From Alphaproteobacteria bacterium (lineage in GTDB: Bacteria > Pseudomonadota > Alphaproteobacteria > MPNO01 > UBA830), in the NCBI GenBank assembly GCA_964291215.2, contig OZ219790.1, positions 1,760,001 to 1,824,000 of the forward strand: a stretch of DNA of 64,000 nt, given 5' to 3'. The position numbers were made by a program, and so were the translations under genes. The notes under the pieces are model-generated. The model had not been told where the DNA came from, ran no database searches, and saw only the letters and a program-made list of their open reading frames with translations. Positions 30,617 through 41,221 of the stretch are shown here, one piece after another (position 1 is the stretch's first letter; every line of letters begins with the position of its first letter).

Positions 30617-32545
30617 ATGATCGAGGACGGGGCGCGCCGGCTGGGGCGCCTCGTCCCGGCTTTTACAGGCCTGTGCAGCCTGATGAACAGGGCCGGAACG
30701 CTCTGGATCTTCGGGCTCATGTTTCTCGTTTGCGCCGACATTACAGCGCGGAACCTGTTCGCAGCGCCAATCAGGGGCGTCGCAGAGATTGTCGGTTACT
30801 CGATCGTCGGGACCGTCTATCTGCAGCTCGCGAACACACTTCATGCTGGACGTTTTACCCGCGCCGAGCTTTTCCTGACTTGGCTGGATTCGTGCCGCCC
30901 GCTCGCCGGTTTGCTATTCCGGGCAGGTTTCGACCTGACCGGCGCGGTCGTATTTGCCGTCATCACCGCTGGCGTATGGCCGGGCTTCGTCGAGGCTTGG
31001 CGCGAAGGCGAGGTTGCCGGCGTTCCCGGTGACTTCTCCTTCATCATCTGGCCCTTCAAGCTCATCGTGGTCGCCGGTGCAGCGACCACGGCGGTCGAGT
31101 TTGCGATCCAATTCCTGCGCGATCTGACGGCGAGCGCGAGGGTGGCAAAGGAGCCGGCCGCCGGTCGCGGCTGGACCTGGCTTTCGGTTCTGTGCGCGCT
31201 CATCCTCGTCGTCTACCTGATGTTGGCGGCACAGTTGAGCAATGTGCAGGTCGGTGCGCTTTCGATCCTGTTCATGCTCATCCTTATCTATGCCGGCATG
31301 CCGATTGGCCTCGCGCTCATGGTTCTCGGGTTCGTCGGTATATGGATGATGAAGGGCAACACGATCGTCGCCGAACGCACCTTGGCGCTAGCCGCCTCGG
31401 AGTATCTGCGCAACTACTTCTTCGGCGTCGTCCCGCTGTTCGTGCTCATGGGCCTGCTGGTCAGCGCTTCCGACATGGGACGCGAAACGTTCGAAGTTGC
31501 CCGATGGCTGCTGCGCAGGGTGCGTGGTGGCCTCGGCATCGCGACCGTGGCCGCGAATGCGGTGTTCGCCGCGATCACCGGATCATCGATTGCCTCGGCA
31601 GCCGTGTTCACCCGTGTCGCGACGCCGGAAATGCTGTCTCACGGATATACTCCCCGCTTCTCGGTCGGCGTGGTCGCCGGCTCGTCGGTGCTGGGCATGC
31701 TCATTCCGCCGAGCCTGCTGCTGATCGTGTACGGGTTCCTCGCCGAACAGTCGGTAGGCATCCTCTTTATCGCGGCTATCATCCCGGGGCTGATACTGGC
31801 GTTCGCTTTTGCGCTGCTGATTCTCGGCATGGCGGCTTGGCGCCCTCACTGGATCGGCAATCCCGTCAGCGCGGCCGACGACGATTCCTCGCAATCGGTG
31901 CTTGGGGCGTCGCTTAAGCTCTTTCCCATGCTGCTGCTCGTAGCACTTGTCATTGGCGGAATCTATGGCGGCCTGCTGACGCCCACGGAAGCCGGAGCCG
32001 CCGGCGCACTGGGCGCGCTCGTGATCGGCGCGGTGCGGCGCAAGCTCGACCCGAAAACCCTATGGAGCGTTTTGGTCGAGACCGGCCACATCACGGTCTC
32101 GATTCTGTTTCTGATCCTCGCTGCGAACGTCTATGCGAGAATGCTGGCGCTGTCCGGGCTTCCGCAGCAGACCGGCGAATTCATAGGTTCCACAGGGCTT
32201 GGCTTTGCCGGCTTCATCGTCCTCTATGTGATCATTCTCATCCTTCTCGGCATGATCCTCGATTCGATCTCGATCATGCTGATCATCCTGCCTCTTGCGT
32301 TGCCGGTGCTCCTCGAGTTCGGCGGCGATCCTATCTGGTTCGGCATCGTGACGGTGATCGCTGTCGAAATCGGGTTGCTGACGCCGCCGCTCGGCATAAC
32401 CTGCTATGTTGTAAAGTCCACGCTGGGAGACGAACGCATCACGCTGAACCAGATCTTCCTCGGAGCTGCCCCGTTTGCGCTGGTCATGCTGGTTGTAACC
32501 GTGCTGCTGATTCTCATTCCCGAGCTCAGTCTGGTGTTCACCTGA
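30617..32545 (+). CDS. TRAP transporter fused DctQ-DctM permease
   Basis: N-terminal DctQ helices; VPLFVLMG, FAAITGSS, LGMLIPPS, TPTEAG, EIGLLTPP. Confidence 0.9.
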   Translation: MIEDGARRLGRLVPAFTGLCSLMNRAGTLWIFGLMFLVCADITARNLFAAPIRGVAEIVGYSIVGTVYLQLANTLHAGRFTRAELFLTWLDSCRPLAGLLFRAGFDLTGAVVFAVITAGVWPGFVEAWREGEVAGVPGDFSFIIWPFKLIVVAGAATTAVEFAIQFLRDLTASARVAKEPAAGRGWTWLSVLCALILVVYLMLAAQLSNVQVGALSILFMLILIYAGMPIGLALMVLGFVGIWMMKGNTIVAERTLALAASEYLRNYFFGVVPLFVLMGLLVSASDMGRETFEVARWLLRRVRGGLGIATVAANAVFAAITGSSIASAAVFTRVATPEMLSHGYTPRFSVGVVAGSSVLGMLIPPSLLLIVYGFLAEQSVGILFIAAIIPGLILAFAFALLILGMAAWRPHWIGNPVSAADDDSSQSVLGASLKLFPMLLLVALVIGGIYGGLLTPTEAGAAGALGALVIGAVRRKLDPKTLWSVLVETGHITVSILFLILAANVYARMLALSGLPQQTGEFIGSTGLGFAGFIVLYVIILILLGMILDSISIMLIILPLALPVLLEFGGDPIWFGIVTVIAVEIGLLTPPLGITCYVVKSTLGDERITLNQIFLGAAPFALVMLVVTVLLILIPELSLVFT

Positions 32546-32658
32546 GCCGGGCACGAAGGATTCGCATTTCCGCCGCGTGCCGAATATCCTGAACCCACCG
32601 ACGACCTCTTAGGCAGCGGGACGCGGACCCGTCGCGGGTCTAGGAGAAGGGGACTTGG

Positions 32659-33759
32659 ATGCATGGCGATGGCGGCCGGCCGGCCGCGCCCGCAGGCGGC
32701 ACGGTCGCCGGGGCAACAGGCGACGACATTGAGAGCCGCAAGCGCGAGCACATCGAGATCGTCCTCGACCGGGATGTTGCCGCGAAGGGGGTGACAACGG
32801 GGTTCGAGCAGTACGCTTTCGAGCACAATGCCCTGCCGGAGCTCGACCTCGACGAGATCGACCTGTCCATTGAAGTCTTCGGACACAGGCTTGCGGCCCC
32901 GTTCCTGATATCGAGCATGACCGGCGGCACCGAGGCCGCACGCGAGATCAATCTGCGGCTGGCCGAAGCGGCGCAAGAGCTCGGTCTGGCGATGGGGGTC
33001 GGCTCGCAGCGCGCCGCCCTCCAGTCGCCCGCATTCGAGGACAGTTTTCAGGTCCGGCCCGTTGCTCCGGACATCCTGCTGTTCGCGAATCTCGGCGCTG
33101 TCCAGCTGAACTACGGCTTCGGGGTCGACGAAGCCCGCCGCGCCGTGGACATGATCGGCGCCGACGCACTGTTCCTGCACCTCAACCCGCTTCAGGAGGC
33201 AGTACAAAAGGAGGGAAACCGCAACTGGTCGGGACTCCTCGAACAGATCGAGGCGCTCGTACGGGCGCTTGACGTACCGGTCGTCGCCAAGGAAATCGGC
33301 AACGGGATTTCGGCAGGGGTTGCGCGAAAACTGGAACGTGCCGGCGTGGCCGCGATCGACATTGCGGGCGCTGGCGGGACGAGCTGGAGCGAGGTTGAAG
33401 CCGAGCGCCACCCGGATGTTTGCGCGCGCACCGTGGCACGTGCCTTTGCCGGCTGGGGCATACCGACGTCGACAGCCCTTGTCGAGACCGTGGAGGCGGT
33501 TCCCGCTCTGCCGGTGTTTGCCTCCGGAGGCATCCGTTCGGGCATTGATGCGGCCAAGGCGCTGCGCCTGGGAGCCGGTCTGGTCGGAATGGCAGCGCCG
33601 ATGCTGAAAACGGTAACACGCACCGCGGAAGCTGCGGCCGGCCAACTCCAGACCACGATAAGGGAACTCCAGATCACCATGTTCTGCACCGGCAGCCGCG
33701 ATCTCGGGGCGCTTCGCGAGGCGCGCCTCTACCGACAGGGCAGGGAATGCGGCCGATGA
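32659..33759 (+). CDS. fni: type 2 isopentenyl-diphosphate isomerase
   Basis: RKREHI, ISSMTGG, GVGSQR, ANLG, HLNPLQE, KEIG, GAGGTSW, ASGGIR. Confidence 0.93.
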   Translation: MHGDGGRPAAPAGGTVAGATGDDIESRKREHIEIVLDRDVAAKGVTTGFEQYAFEHNALPELDLDEIDLSIEVFGHRLAAPFLISSMTGGTEAAREINLRLAEAAQELGLAMGVGSQRAALQSPAFEDSFQVRPVAPDILLFANLGAVQLNYGFGVDEARRAVDMIGADALFLHLNPLQEAVQKEGNRNWSGLLEQIEALVRALDVPVVAKEIGNGISAGVARKLERAGVAAIDIAGAGGTSWSEVEAERHPDVCARTVARAFAGWGIPTSTALVETVEAVPALPVFASGGIRSGIDAAKALRLGAGLVGMAAPMLKTVTRTAEAAAGQLQTTIRELQITMFCTGSRDLGALREARLYRQGRECGR

Positions 33760-34466
33760 CTGCCGCTGCTCTGCCGCCGCTCCCGGTCCGCGATCCGGGC
33801 ACGCGGGCGCCGCGGCCGCGGGACGCTGCGAGCGTGGTCATATGGCGCCAATGGCGGAACACGGCCCAGGTATTGATGGGAAAGAGGCACAGCGGCCACA
33901 GCTTCATGCCGCAGCGTCACGTCTTTCCCGGCGGGCGGGTGGATGGCCATGACGCTCGGGTCCGTTCAGCGACGGAGATGACGCCGACGGTCGCCGGACA
34001 ACTCGCGCGCACCACGCCGCGGGGACGGGGGCGGTCAATCGCCGTCGCGGCCGTGCGCGAGACGTTCGAGGAGACGGGGCTGATGATCGGCGCGAAGGAC
34101 CCGCGGCCGCACCGGCCGCCGCCCCGGGGCTGGCAGCCGTTCTTTGCCACGGGTATGGCGCCGCGGCTCGACTGTCTTCTCTATATTGCCCGGGCGGTCA
34201 CGCCGTCCTTCAGGCCTGTGCGGTTCGACGCAAGATTCTTCATGGTCAAGGCCACCCATGTCGAAGGAAGGATCCGGGGGTCCGGTGAGCTGGAAGACCT
34301 CGACTGGATCCCCCTTGGCGATGCAGGTGATCTTGAACTCGCCCAGGTAACGCGTGCCATCCTGGACTACGCAGCGGAACTGGTGTCGGGCAGGGCGCGG
34401 ACCACAGAGAAGATTCCATTCTTCAGGCATGTCCCGGGCGGCACGCATGCCCGGATCTATCAGTAG
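33756..34466 (+). CDS. NUDIX hydrolase
   Basis: PRDAASV, VFPGGRVD, AAVRETFEETG, RFDARFF. Confidence 0.85.
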   Translation: MTAAALPPLPVRDPGTRAPRPRDAASVVIWRQWRNTAQVLMGKRHSGHSFMPQRHVFPGGRVDGHDARVRSATEMTPTVAGQLARTTPRGRGRSIAVAAVRETFEETGLMIGAKDPRPHRPPPRGWQPFFATGMAPRLDCLLYIARAVTPSFRPVRFDARFFMVKATHVEGRIRGSGELEDLDWIPLGDAGDLELAQVTRAILDYAAELVSGRARTTEKIPFFRHVPGGTHARIYQ

Positions 34467-34513
34467 GCTGCGCGGATGCGCTCGCACGCCGTTCCGAGTC
34501 CGGCGCGCCAGTT

Positions 34514-35278
34514 TCACCTTGTCATGAGTTCCGGCCGTTCGCGCGCCAGTCGCCGCATCAGATAGGTCCAGGCGCGGTCGAACATCCTGTCGTTGGACAG
34601 GTACTCCTTGGAGCGCAGCGATCCCTGCCGCGACGGCGGACTGAGGGACCCGGCGGCCATCGCCATCAGCTGGATCTCGGCCTCGCGCTCCATGGTGTCG
34701 GCGAGAATCACGGCCGCCGGGATCGAGGACGCCGCGGTGAGGAGGCCGTGGTTCTTGAGGACCATGCACGAGCGGTTTCCGAGGTGCCTCGCCATGGCTT
34801 CGCCGGGGTCCTTGCCGAGCGCGACGCCGTCGTCCTCGTCGAAGAAAATGCATTCCTCGAACAGCCGGGCGCCGCCCTGCGTGAGCACCTCAATGGTCTT
34901 TCCGGTCGCGCTCAGGGCGGTGACGTGCTTCGCGTGGGTATGCAGAATGCAGGTCACGTCGGGGCGTGCCAAGTACAGGCGGGTGTGGATGTGGAGGGTG
35001 GGGTTGATGTCGACATTGTCGCCGGAAAGGACATTGAGTTCGAAATCCGCCTCGTGGATCAGGTCCTGGGTCACTTCCCCGAACCCGAAATTGTGGACAT
35101 GAAAGAAGAAGCGGTCGGCTCCTGGCAGTCGAGCGGTCAGATGGCTTCCCATCCCGCTCGGCTGGCCAAGCATGTCGACGATGTGAAACGCGAACAGCAG
35201 TTTCTGGCGAAGGCGCCCGACCTCATCACCAGGCTCGGTGGGACGGATGCCGGGCATGCGCACGATCTGTCCGGACAT
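34514..35278 (-). CDS. class II aldolase/adducin family protein
   Basis: HLTAR, IHTRLYLARPDV, LHTH, LKNHG. Confidence 0.85.
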   Translation of the reverse strand: MSGQIVRMPGIRPTEPGDEVGRLRQKLLFAFHIVDMLGQPSGMGSHLTARLPGADRFFFHVHNFGFGEVTQDLIHEADFELNVLSGDNVDINPTLHIHTRLYLARPDVTCILHTHAKHVTALSATGKTIEVLTQGGARLFEECIFFDEDDGVALGKDPGEAMARHLGNRSCMVLKNHGLLTAASSIPAAVILADTMEREAEIQLMAMAAGSLSPPSRQGSLRSKEYLSNDRMFDRAWTYLMRRLARERPELMTR

Positions 35279-35299
35279 GGGCGTCTCCCGTTTGTTGCC

Positions 35300-35662
35300 T
35301 CAATTGGGCACCAGGCGGAACCGTCTCCGCAACACGGCAAGGGCGTCGCGGAGCCCGACGCTCCTGCTCACCGGCCGTCCGGTGCCGTCATAGACCACGA
35401 ATTCCGTCTTGCCGCCGGCCAAGCGATGCTTCGCTACCGTCACAGCAGGCCGCTGGCTTGATCTACAGTAGATCTGGAATGCGGCCGTGCTGGCCTCGTG
35501 GCGAATCGCGTAATCTCTCCATTCTCCGTCGATGACCCGGTCGCTATACACGGACAGGATCAGGTCGAGTTCGTGGCGGTCGAACCGGAGGTCGGGCGTT
35601 CCGCGACGGCACCGGTTCGCCTGACCGGCGCGGTAATCAGAGATCTGGACGACTGTCGTCAT
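35300..35662 (-). CDS. DUF2794 family protein
   Basis: FDRHELDLILSVY, GEWRDYAI, LRDALAVL. Confidence 0.78.
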   Translation of the reverse strand: MTTVVQISDYRAGQANRCRRGTPDLRFDRHELDLILSVYSDRVIDGEWRDYAIRHEASTAAFQIYCRSSQRPAVTVAKHRLAGGKTEFVVYDGTGRPVSRSVGLRDALAVLRRRFRLVPN

Positions 35663-35899
35663 GAGTGCCGATGAATCCTCACCGCCAGTGGCAACAGGCT
35701 TTTGATCTTCGCCCATTTTGCCGGTTCCGTCCAGCGGCCCTGCTTTGCCAGCAGGCACGACGATCCCACGCTGCTAATCCAGCGGCGACCGGCGAGATTT
35801 TTCGGTCTGCGTCGCGCTGCAATCGTGCCGCCAAGGCTCAATGAGACCTTCTCGGCGCGAAAAATTGCGATCAAGAGGCGATCTGTGATAACGCGAACC

Positions 35900-37460
35900 C
35901 CAGCGCACTCGGATTTCGCGTCTCGGAATCAGCATGGGATCATCGTGTTTGCCAGTAGGCGTTTCTCATGCTGCATTCAATTTTGCTGTCTTCTGCTGTC
36001 CGGAGGTTTCACGGCGTGCCGGGTTTTCTGGTTTCGGAGCCGTCCGCGGTCGTTGCCGGCGCGTGGGCGGGTTGTGGGCGGCGTCCGGGAATCGGCCGGA
36101 CACCATTGGCGCTCAGGGCTGCGACGGCTTCCCGGCGGTCGAGCTGCAGCCGTGTTTCGGCGAGGTTCTCTCGTCGGGAAGATCACCGCGAGCGCGATGT
36201 TATCGAGGCTGGCGCGGTTTGCGGGTCAGGCAGGCGTCCTCGCCGAAGACGCAGTCTCGGTGGTTCATGTTTTCCACGGCCCGCGGCCGCAGCAGTTACT
36301 CTGGCGTGTTGCGCATCGAGCGAGGTGATGTACGCGGTCTCGGTGTGGTCGTTGCCGCTCGCTGCGCCGCTGGCGCTCTTTCCCGGCGGCTCGCGGTAGC
36401 ATGCGGGCGATCTGCCGGGGTAGTTGATCAGGTCCTCGAGCGGCACGCGCTGCTCGAGGCGGGCCTTACTCTTCCTTGAAACGGCCGCTGACATCTGTCT
36501 CCCGGTCGATGCCGTCGAAGGTTTCGGGCGCCCTTGACCGGGAAGACGTGGTCTGCGCCGCAGCGCCGGGTGATCAGCGTCGCCGACGTCGTGCGGGTGA
36601 TCACCTTGCCGCGGACATCGGTGCGCTCGAGGAGGTGGCCGCCAGCTCGCCGTCGTCGAAGTTCAACAGCGCGAAGGGTGCGCCGGAGGCGTGAGGGCCA
36701 CGGTCTCGTGGTCGCCGTTGCCGCAGCGGATACGCTTGCCGTCGGCGGCAAGCGCCCGGGCGAGCCGGCGCCTGCCATGGCGGCCGAGCATGTTCTCGAG
36801 CGCCTCGGGATCGGACGACCCGGTGGAGGGTCGCCCCGGAGGGCGGCTCGCGCAGCCCGTCCTCGGTTTCCGCCGATGGCCTCGAGCTCGTCCCGGGACA
36901 GCGACCGCGCAAACTGCGCAGCTGCCTTTCATGTTCACAAGCTCGGCGAGAACGTGAGCACACCGTGTGCTTCCTGCGCGGCGGAAGTCCTCGATCGCCG
37001 CCAGCTCGTCGTGCAGCGAACACATTACCTCGGAACCCCGGGGAGCGAGGAGGCAGGCGGCACCACCGCAGCGCCTGCGACAGCAACCGTCGCGCCGCAC
37101 AACGAAAATCTCCTTGCCATGGGGGTCGGTGCAGCACCCGTTGGCACGGGACCCCCCCTGGCACGCCAGCCCGCCGCCTTGTGCCCGCAAAACACGCCGG
37201 ATCGCAGAACGTCTCCGCCACCTGGTGGCCGCAGGCCCAGTCGTCGGCCAGCCGCCGCGTCGCAAGAAAGAAGGAGGTAAAATTCGGGAACGTTCCCGGC
37301 GCCGCAAGCAGTCGCGTGTTGTCAGATCAAGCCACTGCTGCTCCGGCTTCCAGCCACCGGTCGCGGCACTTGAAGGCACCGTCACGCCGCCAGACTACTG
37401 CCCCCTGAAGGACGCAATATGGCGCAGCCCCGCCAGACGGCGAAACCCGAGATAGTCGTC
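35900..37460 (-). mobile_element. ISAs1-like element, heavily decayed
   Basis: Fragments ADGKRIR, GKVIT, GADHVFPVKG, ENMNH..RDCVFGEDA; boundaries approximate. Confidence 0.5.
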
Positions 37461-37502
37461 CATCAACGCAGCGGATGCTCCTCGGGCTTCGCGAACCTCG
37501 AC

Positions 37503-37749
37503 CTTATATGACCAGGTTTTGTCCCCTTGATGATGAAATCATCCACAGCGGTTGGGGGCGGGAAAATGTGGACAACCCCGACTGTGGGAGAGCTATGGTT
37601 GCAGAGAGATTCCGCTCCCCTGAGCGAACACGCACAGGGGATCAAACGATCTCCGCGAAGGTTGCCGTTTCGACCTTGACAGAGCCGCGTCCGAGTTTGG
37701 CAACCTCCCTTGACGTCCCTCGCTGGATGCCTGGGTTTGAACCCGTATC
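37503..37749 (+). repeat. second copy of the IS110 non-coding left end (bridge-RNA-like), cut by IS66
   Basis: Colinear with 11139-11425, with substitutions and small deletions. Confidence 0.8.
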
Positions 37750-40673
37750 GTAACTGCTCACCCCCTGGTTCCGGCTTGATGTCGGGGTAGAGTAACGAAC
37801 GGGTTTTCGTGGAGATTTGACACTGCAGGCCGATTCGCTTAGTGGTGGTAATCGAGAACGATGGGGACCGCCAGTGGGCTACATTGGATCGAAGGCGACG
37901 AGCGGGCTGTGCCAGCTGCTTCCGGGGCTCCAGCCTCCGCATGATCTGTATGTGGAAACGCATCCGGGAGGCGGCGCGCTGATGAAGCGCAAGGCGGAGT
38001 ACCGGAAAATGCCGCCGGGCGAGCGCCAGGCGATGCTCGCGGCGAGGCCGGGTGATGGCGACGGGCGGCGCGCGAGGAGTTCGAAGCGGCCAGGACCGCG
38101 GCGCTGCCGGCAAGGTGGCGGAAGAGGCCGTGATCCGCGTCTTCGTCATCCTGCTCGGCATCCTCATCGTCGTCCTTCCGGAGAAGACCACGCACGAGCC
38201 GGAACTCCGGTCTGCCGCCGTCACAGACGGACAAGAGCGTGCCGGGAGCAACGGCCCGAAGCCGAACCGGCAGATGGGCGACAACCTGCGCAAGACCATC
38301 GTCGAGAAGACGGTCGCGGCCTGCGGCGCCGACGGCCCCGTCGAGCGCCGCACGACATCGTGTTCGAGGTCGCGCCGCGTCGACGCCGAGGAATGCCCGA
38401 AGTGCAAGGCCCGGTTCCCCGACAACATCCCGTGCAGTACGGCATCCAGGCCCTCGTCATCAACCTGCTGGTCGCCCAGATGCTGTCCCTGCGCCGTCGC
38501 GCTCGTGCAGGCGATATCAAGCTCTCCGAGGCCTCGGCCATGCTTTCACGATGCGTCATGGGAGGAGGCCGCCGTGGCGCACCTCCTGCAACGCCCGATG
38601 TCGACGATTTCGGATCAACGGCAAGTGGCTCCATGTCGTCGGGACGTGCAAGTTCCCGCACCGCAAGCAAGAGATCGGCCCGTGCTACAAGGGCGTCCTG
38701 GGCCTCGTACATGGCAGTGTAGCCACCAGCGGCAGCCACCTGCTGCGCGAACTGACCTTCGTCGTCGAGGCTACCGCGCGACTGATGAAGAGCCTGCTCC
38801 GCGAGGTCTGCCACAAGATCAACAAGAGCGCATCCAGGACCCTGAACGACGCCGTGCGCTACCGCACCATCAGGGCGCCAGGGAACTGCCCGACATCCCG
38901 ACGAAAGGAAAACGCATCGCAAACGCGCACAACCTGCACGAACGTCTCGTGAAACACGAAAACCTGCGCTTCACAGACGACCATCGCGGTAGGGAACCGG
39001 GTTACCCCCCGCACAGAACCGGACGTGCGCTGTTCGCATCCGGCTCCTCCCTCAGGTCTTGACGACAAGGCGCTGGTTTGGCCACGGATGCTGGCTTTGG
39101 GCCAGTGGGCAAGGGTATCTATGTCCCCGGTGAAGTCCTTTTGGGAGCGTCGCCGAAGGGCACGCAGCTGTTTGCATTGGTGTATGAACTTCTGCAGGCT
39201 GCTTCCCGGGACGGCGTAGTAGCAGCCGTTGATGACTCACCACTTGGCCGTTTCGTGCCGGTTATCGTGCCACCGCTTGCGCAAGGCCTCCTTGATCCGC
39301 CGCAGGGTGCCCGTTTGCGACCGACCCTGAACCTGCCTTTCCTCGTCTGTTCGCAGAAGTGCGTCATGCCGAGGAAGTCGAACGTCTTGTCCACGCTTCC
39401 GGCGGTTCGCTCTGGCAAACCGACCGAACTCGATGATTTTCCGGGTGCAGTTCAAGTGGGCCAGTCTCTCCCCAAGGTCCCAGCGTCGCCCAGATGCTGA
39501 AAGCCGCACACGAAGTCGTCCGCATAATGATCGTGTCCCGCTTGCGCCAGTGGTTCTGGAACCAGTCGCACGTAGTGCAGGTTCGCAAGGCGCCGCCCCT
39601 TGCGGTGTTCCCTTGCCAGTCGGTCCCTTCCATGACGCCGGCGTCACTTGATGATCAGACCCCCCGATCCGTTTCCCGAGCATCGCAACCAGATGGTCGC
39701 GGTTGTCGAAGGGGCGTCAACGATCCAGTTGACCTTCCGCCGTTCCACCGTGACGGCGCATGATGCGCCCCGGCCGGAACCGAGGAACTCCGTTTCGCGG
39801 CACCAGAATCACACCGCCCGCTGAAGAATCTTGTCCGAGGCAAGTTGCCCCTCCTTGGGAATGTAGACCCTGGAGGCGCCCGCCCCTGTGCACACGGGCG
39901 TGCAGGCAGTTCCACCCCGTACGTTTGCCACACAACGCCCCGCCGCCGCATCCTTCCTCAAGGAATGGAACGCAGAACATCACGTGGTGGAGTAAAGACG
40001 CTCTTCCGGGTTCCTCTTCGCTACCTGCCGCCTGTGACCCCCGCTTCTGCGCGCGGCGCGGGCCAACCGCATTGCCCTTCCCTCCAGCAACTCCGCAGGC
40101 TCCGGAGAGCCCTTGTTCGCCGCCTTCAGCGGTACTATGGCCGAATCTGACTTCTCGTTCATCATCGGCTTACGGAATTTCCTCTGCGGCCCCTCCACGA
40201 CAGAGGGGCAAGACCTCCCAGGTCCCTGCTTCGGCCATGGTTCTCGGACCCCGCGGAGCCCCCCTCACCAACGCGGCTCGTTGCCTTCAGCCACGACCTC
40301 GGCGCTCCGGTTTCAAAGCATCTCGTGGCTCAATAGCCTGCCGCTCCCCAACGCTTCGCCTGGCGACGCATGGTTCACGGAGAAATTAGCCTCTCTCGGG
40401 ACTTGCACCCGGCCACATTCCACCAGTTTGCCTGGCGCACCCGACGTCAGCTTCACCAACAATGCCGGAGAACAGAAGATCAGGATGGCAAAGCTCAAGG
40501 TGTCCGGATGCTTCCGCTCCACGCAAAAGCATGGTGCCAAGCTACCTCACCTCCATGGCCGCACTCGGCTACAACCCACTCGTCGCCACCCAGATCGCCC
40601 TCGACGGAAAAGCCGCAGACATCATCAACGAGCACTACGACCAATCAGAACCCAACTAGGGGTGAGTAGATAC
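37750..40673 (+). mobile_element. IS66-family element, copy 3, interrupted by a group II intron
   Basis: GTAACTGCTCACCCC at 37750, GGGGTGAGTAGATAC ending at 40673; no TSD. Confidence 0.88.
38983..40440 (-). mobile_element. group II intron with decayed reverse transcriptase
   Basis: 5' GTGCG at 40440; domain V GAGCCGGATGCG..CGCACGTCCGGTTC and domain VI ending CCCTACCGCGAT; RT fragments GTPQG, YADDF, LELHPE, FDFLGMTH; removal restores GACGACCCCGACGTC as in copy 2. Confidence 0.9.
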
Positions 40674-41160
40674 GTTTTTTGTCTGATATCGCCATATCCG
40701 GCAGCGAGCAGGAGCGGATTGTTGGCGCGGCGTCCGAGGCTGATGGTGAATTCGTGGTCGGTGACTTCGACGGTTGCGCTTGCGTTGACGAGTTTTCGGT
40801 AGATGGTTTGCGCCTTTGCCGCCTTCATTTCCCTGCCGGCGCAGTTGGCGAGCATCCTACAGAGTGCGCTGGTCATGAGGGTGAGTTGAATGTCGACATT
40901 GACCCTGAGCCGCACGGCTGCGGGTTCGTTTATCTGGTTGGTGATGAGGAGGGTGGGTCTTTCGTGTCCGAGGTCGGTAATGGCGATCTGTCGGATTTTT
41001 GCGGGGTAGGTGTTGAGGTCGATTTTCTGTTCGAGGATGCGCGGATTGCGGTAGACGCGTCCAATGTTCTTGAGGGTTATCCTGCGCCACTTGCCGGGCG
41101 GCTCGGCGATCTGCCAATGGCGTCTGGTACCGCCTTGTTATCCATTGTTTCGCAGGGAGT
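40674..41160 (-). pseudogene. unclassified transposase fragment
   Basis: RVNVDIQLTLMTSALCR, LGRRANNPLLLAAG resemble a DDE transposase C-terminus; frameshifted; family not assigned. Confidence 0.45.
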
Positions 41161-41221
41161 GGGGAGACAGTGCTGACTGCCGACAAGGTGCAGTCATGCA
41201 TGATCGCGCGGACGCCATCCC

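Noticed and set aside
38983-40440. RT fragments as a retron or diversity-generating retroelement
   Set aside because: GTGCG start, domain V/VI and precise exon junctions identify a group II intron; no template/variable repeat pair seen
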